From: an uncultured delta proteobacterium | Lineage (GTDB): Bacteria; Desulfobacterota; Binatia; UBA9968 | Direction of reading: 5' to 3' | Length of the DNA stretch: 64,000 bases | NCBI GenBank assembly: GCA_963816145.1 | Contig: CAWFJP010000014.1 | Span: 352,001 to 416,000, forward strand | In this document: positions 1 to 11,995 of the stretch, piece by piece | Layout of the letters: every line of letters starts with the position of its first letter | Numbering within the stretch: the first letter of the stretch is position 1 | Notes under the pieces: model-generated | The model's database searches: none | Told to the model about the DNA's origin: nothing | Seen by the model: only the letters and a program-made list of their open reading frames with translations | Made by a program: the position numbers and the translations under genes

Positions 1-2403
<2,403 letters not shown>

Positions 2404-2504
2404 TCTAACACATCCGATACGGCTCGATCTGGAGATTTGCAGTTCAAGCCGTGCAAAAGGTTCAAATCGTTCAAACCGTCGGGTGGAACTTTCAGATAGA
2501 CACC

Positions 2505-3164
2505 TCAAGCGCCTTTGTCCGACGTCAATTTTTCGACACGCTCGCGAAAATAGCTCCGCCAACTCTCCGGCAAAGCCTTGAGATCGGCGGCGCGCCGCAT
2601 GCTGCTGAGATCCTGTTTGTCGAAGGCATAGAGCCGGGTAATGTCGGCCACGGTCACGCCCCCGGGATCGCGGCCAAGGAGCGTAATGGTATCTTCCGCG
2701 CTCAGTTCGCCTTCCTGCATGACCGCGCAGTAAAACCCGGTGCGCCGGCTGCGCAGAAAGCGTTTCACCATGTCGTCGCGGTTGAACCTGACGCCCAACT
2801 TGTAGCAGGGCAGGCGCGGTTCGGTGACCGCCAGTTCGACGGAGCCGACGCACAATCGGTCGCCGATGTTGAGTTCTTTTTCCAGCAAACCTTCGGTGGT
2901 GAGGTTTTCACCGAAGGCGCCCGGCGTCAATTCTTCATCGCCGAGCTCGCGGCGCCAGAAATGGTAGTGCTCGGACGGGTAGACGTAGATCGCCTTGCTC
3001 GGCCCGCCGTGGACGGTCAAGTCGGCTTGGCGATCGCCGTCAATATTCAAAGCGCGCACGCGCACGCGCCCGGCCACGGGCGATTTGAAAATGCTTGTGC
3101 GAATCATCCGCCCATCGTGAACTATCTCGCGCGGCAGCCCGACATTGACAGATATGATCTTCAT
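2505..3164 (-). CDS. MOSC domain protein (YiiM-like, with 3-alpha domain)
   Basis: MKIISVNVG...[20 protein letters not shown]...FGENLTTEG...PRLPCYKL; ATG at 3164 within the longer ORF 2505..3491. Confidence 0.9.
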   Translation of the reverse strand: MKIISVNVGLPREIVHDGRMIRTSIFKSPVAGRVRVRALNIDGDRQADLTVHGGPSKAIYVYPSEHYHFWRRELGDEELTPGAFGENLTTEGLLEKELNIGDRLCVGSVELAVTEPRLPCYKLGVRFNRDDMVKRFLRSRRTGFYCAVMQEGELSAEDTITLLGRDPGGVTVADITRLYAFDKQDLSSMRRAADLKALPESWRSYFRERVEKLTSDKGA

Positions 3165-3174
3165 GGGTCCTCGA

Positions 3175-3203
3175 TTAGATGTTGCGGGGCGCGGGTTGGG
3201 TGC
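3175..3203 (-). promoter_or_regulatory. Putative ECF promoter GCACCC-N16-CATCTAA upstream of MOSC
   Basis: Matches recurrent motif; 10 nt before ATG; its TAA is the stop codon of the upstream remnant. Confidence 0.6.
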
Positions 3204-3498
3204 GCGCGACATTTTTCTCGGCAAGTACAATGCGATCGAGGCGCAGCAGTTCAGCGAGCGACCAAGCTTGAAACGAGCAGCCGCGCGGCGTACGCGGCGC
3301 ATCGGCGTCGGCGATCTCCATCGCGGCGTCAAAACCGTTGACCAAAATAGACCGTCCAGCCGGCGCTTTGGTCGCGCTGAGCAGTAGCGCCCGGTAGCGC
3401 CGCGTGCGGATGCCCGACACTGTGCCGGAAGCGAAGCCGCCAAGCCCTCGGTTTCCAGCCATTCGTCGCGCATCATGTGGGAAGAGGTCAAGCGTCAT
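3175..3498 (-). pseudogene. Internally deleted glycogen debranching enzyme (amylo-alpha-1,6-glucosidase) remnant
   Basis: N-terminal EWLET-GLGGFASGTVSGIRTRRY-ALLL (frameshifted) fused directly to C-terminal EIADADAP-TPRGC-FQAWSLAELLRL. Confidence 0.8.
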
Positions 3499-3655
3499 TG
3501 CCGGTGTCATCTAACGATTTTTTGAATAGCGCCAATGCCGATTTCTTACTCTCTCGCCCATTCCGATGGGAGAGAGCGGGGGTGAAGGCTATCTGCTTTC
3601 ACCAATCGCCCCCTCACACTTCCCGAAGGCGTGGCGGCGAGGAAACCAGATATGA

Positions 3656-4714
3656 TCACCGCTCGACTATCTGCAACCCGTGGCCGTCGGGGTCGCGTGC
3701 CAGAAAGCCCTTTGCGAAGCTGAGAGTATTCTCCGGCAAATTCGCCAGGCTCGGCGAAACTACTCGCCGCTTCGCTTGTCGCAGTTTTTGTGCGGCGTTT
3801 GCCGCGTTGTCAGTCGTCAGAGTCGTTTGCCAGTGCCACAAATCGTTTGCTCTGGTGTCGCTCGGCGCAGGCCGGCCGTCGCGCGGCGCCAGGTATTCCA
3901 ACAACTCGATGCCAGGCCCAGCGGCGGCCCTGAGGCCGCTGATATGCAAACGCGCGCCAGCGACATTGTTCAAATGCTCTTGTTCAGTGCCGTAGTTAAA
4001 GCTGTCGCCGGCGAGTTTCATACCAAGTAGGTCGCGATAATATTTCAAACTGCTCGGTGTGTTCGACACGACGATGGCGCTGTGGTCGATGCCGAGAAAG
4101 AGCTTGTCGTTATTCCTTTGCCAGCGCGGATCGCCCTTGCCTGGCGGAAAGTAGATGATCTCCAAATTGTGCCCGTCGGGATCTTTGAAATAAAAAGCTC
4201 GAATACCGGCGGCGGCCTTGTTGGTGACCGGAATCGTTTGCGGCGCGGTGGAGACGTGGCGCACTTTGTGGTTGCGCAGCTGCTGATAGGCCCGGTCCAT
4301 ATCGCTGACCACGATGGCGATATGCTGAAACCCATGATCGTGGCTGCGCCATTCCAGCGGGATCGGCCGGCCCTCCGGGGCGAGATACTGCGTCAGTTCG
4401 ATCATTTCTTCGCCAAGCTTAAGGCGCACCACGCGCATGCGCAGCCCGAACAATCCCTGCAATTTCTCATACTCGCTGCCGTGAACTTCAACGTCCGTGA
4501 TCTTTTCAAAGCGTAATACTTTCGAGAAATACTCAACCGATCGATCCACATCGGCGACGGTCATGCCGATCGTTTCTAGGGAGCGGATCAGCTGCGCGGA
4601 CCCCGCTGAAGTAACAAGTAAAAAGGAAAAAATGAAAATCGCCGTCGTCAACGCGATATGAATATTATAGCGAATCTGTTCCGACCTTTTCAATTTTCCA
4701 TTCTCCATTATCAA
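3656..4714 (-). CDS. VOC/glyoxalase family two-domain protein, probably exported
   Basis: FQHIAIVVSDMD, YFKDPDGHNLE, IDHSAIVVS, RDPDGHGLQ motifs; hydrophobic N-terminus. Confidence 0.85.
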   Translation of the reverse strand: MIMENGKLKRSEQIRYNIHIALTTAIFIFSFLLVTSAGSAQLIRSLETIGMTVADVDRSVEYFSKVLRFEKITDVEVHGSEYEKLQGLFGLRMRVVRLKLGEEMIELTQYLAPEGRPIPLEWRSHDHGFQHIAIVVSDMDRAYQQLRNHKVRHVSTAPQTIPVTNKAAAGIRAFYFKDPDGHNLEIIYFPPGKGDPRWQRNNDKLFLGIDHSAIVVSNTPSSLKYYRDLLGMKLAGDSFNYGTEQEHLNNVAGARLHISGLRAAAGPGIELLEYLAPRDGRPAPSDTRANDLWHWQTTLTTDNAANAAQKLRQAKRRVVSPSLANLPENTLSFAKGFLARDPDGHGLQIVER

Positions 4715-6282
4715 TTCATTCTTTGAATGAGGTGTTCGCCGACGCGTAGCGCGTTCGCCATGATCGTCAGCGCCGGATTGACCGCGCCGCTAGAGACGAA
4801 GAAGCTACCGTCTACGACATAAAGGTTGTCCAATTCATGGGCCTTGCAGTTGGCATCGAGCGCGCTGGTTTTAGGATCGTTGCCGAAACGCACGGTGCCG
4901 ACCTGGTGCGCCACGCCGGCGAGCGGAATGCGCTGGCCGACGAACAAGTTGCGCGAGAACAATCCTTCGTGGCAGTCGTGGCCATGTACGGCGCATTTAG
5001 TCTGCTGCTGCATCAGTTCTTTCAACTTGGCGATCAAACGTTTGTGTCCTTCCTCGTTGTTGGGCTTATAGCTCAGGACGATCTTGCCGTCGGCGTCGAC
5101 AGTGACTCGGTTGTTGGGATCGGGAAGATCTTCCGAGGTAAGCCAAAAGTCGAGAGAATGTTTGGCCATGAGATCCAAGGTCCAGCCCGGCGCGATCGCC
5201 GGCGCACCGCCCTTGAGTGTCTCGCCGTCGAGCTTGCCAACAAACGAGATGTGACCCATGGGAAAATTCCAACCCGGGGCGCCAAAGTAGAAGTCGTTTA
5301 TTGAAAGAGACTTTTGAAAGATCGTTGGGTTTGGGCATTTTGACAGCGCCATCAAGACAGAATTGACATGACCCATGTAGTGACGGCCGACGGTGTCCGA
5401 GCGGTTCGCCAGGCCTCGTGGGTGTTGGTCGTTTTTTGAGCGCAACAATAGCGCCGCGGAATTGATCGCGCCGCAGGCCGAGACAACGATATCGGCCGAC
5501 AGTTCTTCGCGGCTGCCGTTGTGACTTACGATGACTTTCGACACGCACCGGCCCGCGGCGTCGGTTGTCAGTTTTTCGACGTAGGCGTTGGTCATTAGGG
5601 AAACATTTTCATGTTGCAGTGCCGGATCGACGGCGCAGACTTGCGCGTCGGACTTGGCGTAGACCAAACAGGGAAAGCCGTCGCAGGTCTCGCAGCGGAT
5701 GCATTTGCTGGCGCGCGGGTTCATTTCATCCAACATCACCCCCAGCGGTGTGTGAAACGGATGCAGCCCGAGCCGGGCAAAGTCATCGGACAACTGCTGG
5801 ATGCGCGGCTCGTGGCTGACGGGCGGGTGGAGGTAGGGGCCGGATGCTTGTGGTTCCGTGGGGTCTTCGTTGCGTTGGCCATGGACGTGATAAAGCGCCT
5901 CGGCTTCACTGTAGTAAGGCTCCATGGCGTCGTAGGAGATCGGCCAAGCCGGCGAGATGCCGCCATGATGCTTAATCTCGCCGAAGTCTTCCTTGCGCAG
6001 GCGAAACAGCGCCGCGCCGAAGAACTTCGTGTTGCCGCCGACGAAGTAGTTCGTGTGCGGATGGAGATCTCGGCCGTCTTGGTCGCGCCACTTCTCTTTT
6101 GTCTGATATTTGCCGTCGAGATTGACCGCTTTCGGGCTCCAGTTGTCCTTTTCGCGCGGCACGTAATCGCCCCGTTCGAGGATCAAAATCTGTTTTCCCG
6201 TCGGCGCTAGTTTGTATGCCAGCGTCCCGCCGCCGGCGCCGCTGCCGATGATGATCACGTCATAATGGTTCTGTGTCGCCAT
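4711..6282 (-). CDS. GMC family FAD oxidoreductase
   Basis: IIIGSGAGGG FAD motif, CIRCETCDGFPC, AHQVGTVRFG, VNPALTIMANALRV. Confidence 0.92.
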   Translation of the reverse strand: MATQNHYDVIIIGSGAGGGTLAYKLAPTGKQILILERGDYVPREKDNWSPKAVNLDGKYQTKEKWRDQDGRDLHPHTNYFVGGNTKFFGAALFRLRKEDFGEIKHHGGISPAWPISYDAMEPYYSEAEALYHVHGQRNEDPTEPQASGPYLHPPVSHEPRIQQLSDDFARLGLHPFHTPLGVMLDEMNPRASKCIRCETCDGFPCLVYAKSDAQVCAVDPALQHENVSLMTNAYVEKLTTDAAGRCVSKVIVSHNGSREELSADIVVSACGAINSAALLLRSKNDQHPRGLANRSDTVGRHYMGHVNSVLMALSKCPNPTIFQKSLSINDFYFGAPGWNFPMGHISFVGKLDGETLKGGAPAIAPGWTLDLMAKHSLDFWLTSEDLPDPNNRVTVDADGKIVLSYKPNNEEGHKRLIAKLKELMQQQTKCAVHGHDCHEGLFSRNLFVGQRIPLAGVAHQVGTVRFGNDPKTSALDANCKAHELDNLYVVDGSFFVSSGAVNPALTIMANALRVGEHLIQRMN

Positions 6283-6337
6283 GGATCGCCCCGTTATTCG
6301 TCAGTGCCAGCGCTTAAGATCTTGTGCGTAATAGCCG

Positions 6338-6366
6338 TTAGATGCGCGAGAGCATCGATAGGATGC
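6338..6366 (-). promoter_or_regulatory. Putative ECF promoter GCATCC-N16-CATCTAA upstream of GMC oxidoreductase
   Basis: Intergenic, about 55 nt before ATG. Confidence 0.7.
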
Positions 6367-6443
6367 TAGGTGTATTGATTCGGAGTGATTCGCTGAGTCG
6401 GAGGATTCAACACAGAGGACACGGAGATCACAGAGAGCTACAG

Positions 6444-6920
6444 TCATGACAACCGCGCCGAGCCGAAATTGACGCTAAAGCGGGCGCACCAGATCGAGAC
6501 GTTCTTATACTTGGTTAGGTCCACGTCCGCCGGGATTACGTAGTTCTGGTCGCCTTTGTTGCCTTTCATCGAACCCAAGTCGACGAAGCCGGCGGCCATG
6601 ACGGCGTCGCTGCCCTTCTCCACTTCAGCTCCGGTTAGGTAGACATGCACGTCAGGGCCGTTGGAGGTCTCGAACTCGGTGAGTCGCAGCGTCTGCTTGC
6701 CATCGGCGAGTTTGTAGATCGTCGCTAAACCCTTGGTTTCATGGGCCAGGCTTTTGAAGTTACCTTGCACCAAACTCATCGGTCCGGCGGCAACCTGGGC
6801 GCCAACAGGAAACTGCTCGTTGACCTGTTTGTTGATGAACAGCAGCTCCGGGCGGAAGGCGTACCAAGCTATCGCCAATCCGACAATGCTAACTCCAACA
6901 AGGATTTGACGCTTATTCAT
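6444..6920 (-). CDS. DM13 domain protein, N-terminal membrane anchor
   Basis: LRLTEFETSNGPDVHVYL, DLGSMKGNKGDQNY, VSIWCARFSVNFG; GGAGG RBS before ATG 6920. Confidence 0.9.
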   Translation of the reverse strand: MNKRQILVGVSIVGLAIAWYAFRPELLFINKQVNEQFPVGAQVAAGPMSLVQGNFKSLAHETKGLATIYKLADGKQTLRLTEFETSNGPDVHVYLTGAEVEKGSDAVMAAGFVDLGSMKGNKGDQNYVIPADVDLTKYKNVSIWCARFSVNFGSARLS

Positions 6921-7001
6921 AATTATGATCCTCCGCAAACGATCTTGTTAATTTTCAACCTAGTGCATGACCTGATGCGCGGCCTCTTACGATCTGGTCT
7001 G

Positions 7002-7030
7002 TTAGATGCAAAATGGTGCGTGAAGGATGC
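7002..7030 (-). promoter_or_regulatory. Putative ECF promoter GCATCC-N16-CATCTAA upstream of DM13 gene
   Basis: Both boxes identical to the 6338 site with an unrelated spacer. Confidence 0.7.
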
Positions 7031-7151
7031 TGTAAGGCGGCTAACCGGGGCGAGCCCGGCTGTTGGCGTTGTTCTTGTACGAGTTGGGCGGTCGCCGTAG
7101 AATTGTCCGATCAGGTCAATTTCGAGAGAGGAATCAGTTACGGCGAGTAAT

Positions 7152-7748
7152 ATGAACATCATTTTCGATCTAGGTGGAGTCGTCGTGCGTTGGGAGCCCG
7201 AGGCGCTGCTGGCGCGGACCTTTAACGACCCTGCCGTCTGCGAAATCGTACACCGCGAATTCTTAGGCCATCCAGATTGGCTGGAACTCGACCGTGGAAC
7301 CCTGGCGCCGGAAGATGCGATTGCCAGCGCCGCACGGCGCACAGGTCTAATGGATCATCTGATCGCAAGTCTGCTGAACAATGTGCCGTCATCGTTAGTG
7401 CCGATTCCCGAAACAATTGCATTGCTCTACCGCTTAAAAGCCCAAGGCCACGCGCTCTATTGCCTGTCGAACATGCATTTGGCATCCATCGAATTTCTTG
7501 AACGTACACAGAGCTTCTGGGACGCCTTTAGCGGTAAAGTTATTTCCTGCCGCGTCAACCTGTGCAAGCCCGAAGCTGGGATGTACGCGCATTTGCTGGA
7601 AACTTTTCATATCGATGCGGCAAGCGCTGTCTTCGTCGACGATTTTGAGGTCAATTTAGTCGCCGCCCGGCAATTTGGCATTAGAACGATCCGATTTGAA
7701 AATTCAGCCCAATGCGCCGGCGAACTCAAGGCCTTGGGTTGTATTTGA
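7152..7748 (+). CDS. HAD family phosphatase (YihX-like)
   Basis: IIFDLGGV, LSN, CKPE, FVDD motifs. Confidence 0.88.
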   Translation: MNIIFDLGGVVVRWEPEALLARTFNDPAVCEIVHREFLGHPDWLELDRGTLAPEDAIASAARRTGLMDHLIASLLNNVPSSLVPIPETIALLYRLKAQGHALYCLSNMHLASIEFLERTQSFWDAFSGKVISCRVNLCKPEAGMYAHLLETFHIDAASAVFVDDFEVNLVAARQFGIRTIRFENSAQCAGELKALGCI

Positions 7749-7928
7749 ATCTTGAGTCGACGTGTGTTTGGCGCTTGATTCTTACTCCGGATGTTTTCGC
7801 CGCGAACGGCGGTTTTTTGCTAAGCCGCGGAAATCAAGATAGAATTGATAATGATGGTGATTTTGGACGTAAGACGAATTGGTCAACAAACTGATGGATT
7901 CAGGACCAATGAAGGCAAGCTTCCTTAA

Positions 7929-8135
7929 ATGGGCAACTCAGCAGCTTTACTTTGGGCGACGGTTTTTGGTGTGATCGGTCTCGCCTATTTTGTCTACGGG
8001 AAGAATCAGAATTGTTTCGTTCCACTGTTCTGTGGAATGGGGCTTATGGCATTCCCCTATTTTATCTCGAATACGGTTCTCCTGGTCGTTGTCGGGCTTG
8101 GCCTTTCGGCGGTTCCCTACTTTTTCCGGGATTGA
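7929..8135 (+). CDS. Small membrane protein (68 aa)
   Basis: Hydrophobic; FGVIGLAYFVYGK...LMAFPYF pattern of a widespread small conserved family. Confidence 0.7.
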   Translation: MGNSAALLWATVFGVIGLAYFVYGKNQNCFVPLFCGMGLMAFPYFISNTVLLVVVGLGLSAVPYFFRD

Positions 8136-8215
8136 AGCTTATGAAGCAGAGCGTTGCGCTCGTCAATCGTTTAGCCTAAACCAATTTAGCGTCTTCCATA
8201 AGATATCAGAACACC

Positions 8216-8678
8216 ATGCTGAATAAGCAATTTCCAACTGTTTTCATGCTCGTGTACATAGTTTCCGCATCCGCCGGCGCTAGTTTTTCCGCGCCAGTAT
8301 TCGCGCAGCCGGGCGGAACGGCTACGGTGATCGTTAAAATTATTGGTCTTCTTTCCGAAAAGGGGCAGGTGAAAATCGCCATGTTCAATTCGGCTGGATC
8401 CTGGCTAGGCGATCATCCGAAATACAATACGACGATCGATGTGAATAGTCAGTCGGTTTCATGGGAACTGGGCGATGTTCCGTATGGGGATTATGGCATC
8501 ACGGTTTTTCATGATGAAAACAAAAACGGCAAGATGGATAAAAACTTCTTGGGAATACCGCAAGAGCCCTACGGATTTTCGAACAACATGAGGGTCGATG
8601 TTCAGACCGCCGTTATGGGACAAATCCAAGTTTGTCGTCACTGGCCCAACTACCGACGTTTCCATTGAAGTTAAATAG
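8216..8678 (+). CDS. DUF2141 family exported protein (frameshift near 8598)
   Basis: VFHDENKNGKMDKNFLGIPQEPYGFSNN, then FRPPLWDKSKF...IEVK* in another frame. Confidence 0.85.
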
Positions 8679-8758
8679 GGCGCCGGTCGGGGTGCGAATC
8701 TTGCGCTCCGATCACTAAATGCTGCTGTTCATAGGCATCGCAAAAGGAGCTTTCGGAT

Positions 8759-9151
8759 ATGCCAAGAAACATTATCATGGCGGCTTCACTGCCCGCGCCT
8801 CCCGATAAACTCTTCGACATGTATCTCGATGCGGCTCAACACGCGGCATTGACCGGTTTACCCGTGACATTGGAACCTCGTGCCGGCGGTGCGTTTCATG
8901 CCTTCGACGGCATGCTTTCCGGTATCATCCTGCATATTCAGCCGAAGTCGCTGATCGTGCAAACCTGGAGGTCGGTGAATTGGCCACTCACTGCGATGGA
9001 CTCGGTGCTGACGCTCTCGTTCTACCCGGCGGAAGACGGAGGCCGGATCGAGCTCGTCCATATCAACGTGGCGGATGAAGACTTCGCCGGTGTCAGCCAG
9101 GGTTGGGAAAAATATTACTGGACGCCGTGGCGAGCCTATCTGACTAAATAG
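8759..9151 (+). CDS. SRPBCC/AHSA1-like domain protein
   Basis: LIVQTWRS..W, GWEKYYWTPWRAYL; AGGAG RBS. Confidence 0.85.
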   Translation: MPRNIIMAASLPAPPDKLFDMYLDAAQHAALTGLPVTLEPRAGGAFHAFDGMLSGIILHIQPKSLIVQTWRSVNWPLTAMDSVLTLSFYPAEDGGRIELVHINVADEDFAGVSQGWEKYYWTPWRAYLTK

Positions 9152-9237
9152 AACGGTCGTTAAGATCTCGCCTAATTGATTGTTAACCTCGGCAAAAGCG
9201 GCGACACCGATCACGACTGTAACTTGGCGAGGTTTAT

Positions 9238-9688
9238 TTGAACAGCGTAGGTGAACTTTCGATCGCGGCCACGGGCCTGTCGTTTACAGGATTCTTCGTG
9301 TTTTGCTTGGTGTCCTTTCTCGGCAGTCATATCGCCGGTGCGCTAGCACTGGTTGGCGGCGTGTTGGTGTTGGCGACGATGGCGTCTTGGTGGGATCGTT
9401 GGTCGCGCCGGCCTGTCCGGAGCGCCATCAGTTCGTCAGCACGCACTCTGTCGTGATGACGATCCAGCATGGCCTTAAAATCATTGTCTTCGTGCTTTGG
9501 GCTTTGCCTTCGGTCCTTACATCGCGCTTTTGATTGGTCTGGTAACTTTCAGTTTTATCGGCAGCTACGCCGGCAAGCTCTTGCTCAATCGTCGGCCGAA
9601 ACGGATTTTTCGCATGGCGTTAAAGGCGACCCTAACCATGCTCGCGTTGCAGCTGTTCTATTCGGCCTTGCGCCCAATCCTCGGATAG
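9238..9688 (+). pseudogene. TauE/SafE (TSUP) sulfite exporter remnant, internally deleted and frameshifted
   Basis: N-terminal SFLGS-IAGAL-L-GGVLVLATMA and C-terminal STHSVVMTIQHGLKIIVF / GFAFGPYIALL in three frames; middle missing. Confidence 0.65.
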
Positions 9689-9737
9689 TCGCTAGCCAAT
9701 TTGAAATAGCCAGATCCCATGCGTTGCAAATGGTTTG

Positions 9738-10466
9738 TTAGCGCATGCCCGAGTAGCTGTTCACCGTCGCGTGCAGGTTGCGGGCGAAGTCGGTGGCAGC
9801 TTGGGTGCTGATGCTGAATGCCGTGCGGGCGTATTCTTTGACCGCAAGCACCGCGGCGAGCGGCATGGATTTGAAATGATCGACCAGGCGATTGACGCTC
9901 GCGGCCAACTCGTCGTGCGTGACAACGTCACTGACGAGCGCATAGGTGAGGGCTTTGTGGGCGTCGATTTCTTGCGCCGAATAGATCATGAAGGTGGCGG
10001 CTTTGCGCGGCATGCGGTCGACCAGGGCGGAGAAGGCGATGGTCGGCATGATTTTATGCGCGGTTTCGGGAAACGAAAAACGCGCCTTGTCGCCGGCGAT
10101 GGTGATATCGCAGAGCGCTGCGAGGGCGCAGCCGAGACCCACCGCGCGCCCCTGGACGACGCCGATGATCGGAACTTTGGCGTTGCGAAAGGCGCCGTAG
10201 AGATTGAAGATCGTCTCGCTGCGCTCGCGAACTGAATAAGCTTCCGGGCCGGGAGTCGGCGGCGCGACGCCCATGGAGTCGCGCCCCAAACAGAAATCGT
10301 CACCGGCGCCTTTGAAAATAATCAGGCGAGACGACTTGGCAGCGTCATCGAACATCTGCGTCACCTGCGCCCAGGTGGCATCGCTCTGGCGGTTGCCGAC
10401 TTCCGGCCGGTTCAACAAGATAGTCGTGATGTCGTTATCTTTGGTTACGAGTACGGGGTCCGCCAT
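9738..10466 (-). CDS. Enoyl-CoA hydratase/isomerase family protein
   Basis: ILLNRPEVGN, GAGDDFCLG, VQGRAVGLGCALAALCDI, FSFPE. Confidence 0.88.
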   Translation of the reverse strand: MADPVLVTKDNDITTILLNRPEVGNRQSDATWAQVTQMFDDAAKSSRLIIFKGAGDDFCLGRDSMGVAPPTPGPEAYSVRERSETIFNLYGAFRNAKVPIIGVVQGRAVGLGCALAALCDITIAGDKARFSFPETAHKIMPTIAFSALVDRMPRKAATFMIYSAQEIDAHKALTYALVSDVVTHDELAASVNRLVDHFKSMPLAAVLAVKEYARTAFSISTQAATDFARNLHATVNSYSGMR

Positions 10467-10686
10467 GGTCATGCCTCCAAGGTTTGGTCGGGCCACTTTA
10501 GGGAGGCGCAGCGCGGCTGTCAACGGCTTAAACGGCGCCGCGCGTTCCAGTCGTTCCATCGGTTCCAAACGTTCCAAGTGTTTTCGTCACTGATCAATTG
10601 CCAAAACGCAAGCCTCTCGTCTTGCGAAGAAGTTAGTTTCAAAATAGACTTCGGGCGTTTAAATTCGAAAGATTTAGGAGAGTGCT

Positions 10687-11091
10687 ATGGCTGAGCAGAC
10701 TTTGAAGGGGAGTTGCCTGTGCAAATCGGTGCGCTATGAAGTGACCACGCCGTTCATGCGTTTCGGCCACTGTTATTGCTCGCGTTGCCGCAAGGCGACG
10801 GGCGGAGTGCGCTCGACCAATATTGCCGTGCCGATCGCGCAGTTTCGCTGGACTCAGGGGGAAAACCTGATCAAACGCTTCGACCTGCCCGAAGCGAAGA
10901 GTTTTGCGCGGCAGATATGCAGCAACTGTAATTGTCCGATCCCGCACGCCTCGCGCGATGGCACGCGGGTGATTGTTCCGTCTGGAACCTTGGACGACGT
11001 GCCTCCGGGCAAGCCCTCGGTACACGGCCACTGGAGCAGCCGGGTGCGTTTCGTCGAGACCAACGAGTCGGATCTGCCCTGCGAGAATTGA
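10687..11091 (+). CDS. GFA (CENP-V) family Zn-binding protein
   Basis: GSCLC..VRY, HCYCSRCRKATG, CSNC. Confidence 0.9.
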   Translation: MAEQTLKGSCLCKSVRYEVTTPFMRFGHCYCSRCRKATGGVRSTNIAVPIAQFRWTQGENLIKRFDLPEAKSFARQICSNCNCPIPHASRDGTRVIVPSGTLDDVPPGKPSVHGHWSSRVRFVETNESDLPCEN

Positions 11092-11109
11092 GTAGAGCTT
11101 TTCCGACCC

Positions 11110-11400
11110 ATGCATAGGACAACGGTGGGGCGGTTGCGCGCGGCGGGGATGGTCGAAGCGGTTTCGTTTCTGCTGCTGCTGGGCGTGGCGATGCCGCTCA
11201 AGTATTTTGCCGGCATGCCGCTGGCCGTGAAGATCGCCGGCTGGACTCATGGTTTGCTGTTCCTGGCATTTGTCGTGTGTTTGCTCGTCGCCCACGGCGA
11301 ACGGCAATGGCCGATGCGTTGGACCGCGATGATTTTCGTCGCGGCATTGTTGCCGTTCGGGCCGTTTGTCATCGATCGGCGGCTTAGGAACGAACAGTAA
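11110..11400 (+). CDS. DUF3817 membrane protein
   Basis: EAVSFLLLLGVAMPLKY, HGLLF, PFGPFVIDRRL. Confidence 0.88.
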   Translation: MHRTTVGRLRAAGMVEAVSFLLLLGVAMPLKYFAGMPLAVKIAGWTHGLLFLAFVVCLLVAHGERQWPMRWTAMIFVAALLPFGPFVIDRRLRNEQ

Positions 11401-11431
11401 GAGTTTAAATTGAGTCACTAAGGAGCAACTG

Positions 11432-11926
11432 ATGGCTGATGAAATGCAAGTGAACCGCGAGATCGTCATCGAAGCCGATGCTGAGTCCATCGAGCGTTTG
11501 CGCAAGGAAGGGCATGTGCGCGGCTTCACGGTGTTCTGCGACGAGCAGCAACGCACCGGCGGCGACAACTCGGCGCCGTCTCCTATGGGATACTTCGCTT
11601 TATCCGTGGCGTTTTGACTGCTCACCCAAGTTTCCCGGTACGGGGAAATGATGAAGGTGAAAGTCGACAAGATGAAAATCTATGTTACCACGCGCTTTCG
11701 CGCCGAGGGCTCGGTGCTGCGCGAGACCATCAAGTCGGGCGGTGTCGGCGTCGAGTTGCGCAGCGAGGTTTCCTCGAGCGCGCCGGCGGAGCGAGTTGCC
11801 GCGCTGATGCGCAACGCCGAGGCAGGCTGTTACATTATGCAGACGATTCTCAATCCGACGCCGGTGACGCGCGAGTTCAAACTTAACGGCGCCGCCTTCG
11901 ATCCCGACAGTTACAAAAAGCCGTAA
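11432..11926 (+). CDS. OsmC-like protein with in-frame TGA (11615-11617), probable selenoprotein
   Basis: ORFs 11432..11617 and 11648..11926 are one frame: CDE...GGDNSAPSPMGYFALSVAF-U-LLTQVSRYG...NAEAGCY; hairpin follows TGA. Confidence 0.8.
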
Positions 11927-11995
11927 GCGATCCGCGGATTGCCGAACGACCAGGGGCCACGCTTGTGGGACTTGGCATTATGAACTGCGGCTCTT

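Noticed and set aside
3486-3514. CATCTAA on plus strand
   Set aside because: No -35-like hexamer at the 16-nt spacing and no plus-strand gene downstream.
10466-10577. N-terminal MERLEPMERLER extension of enoyl-CoA hydratase
   Set aside because: Translation of a 9-bp tandem repeat; the GGAGG RBS supports the later start.
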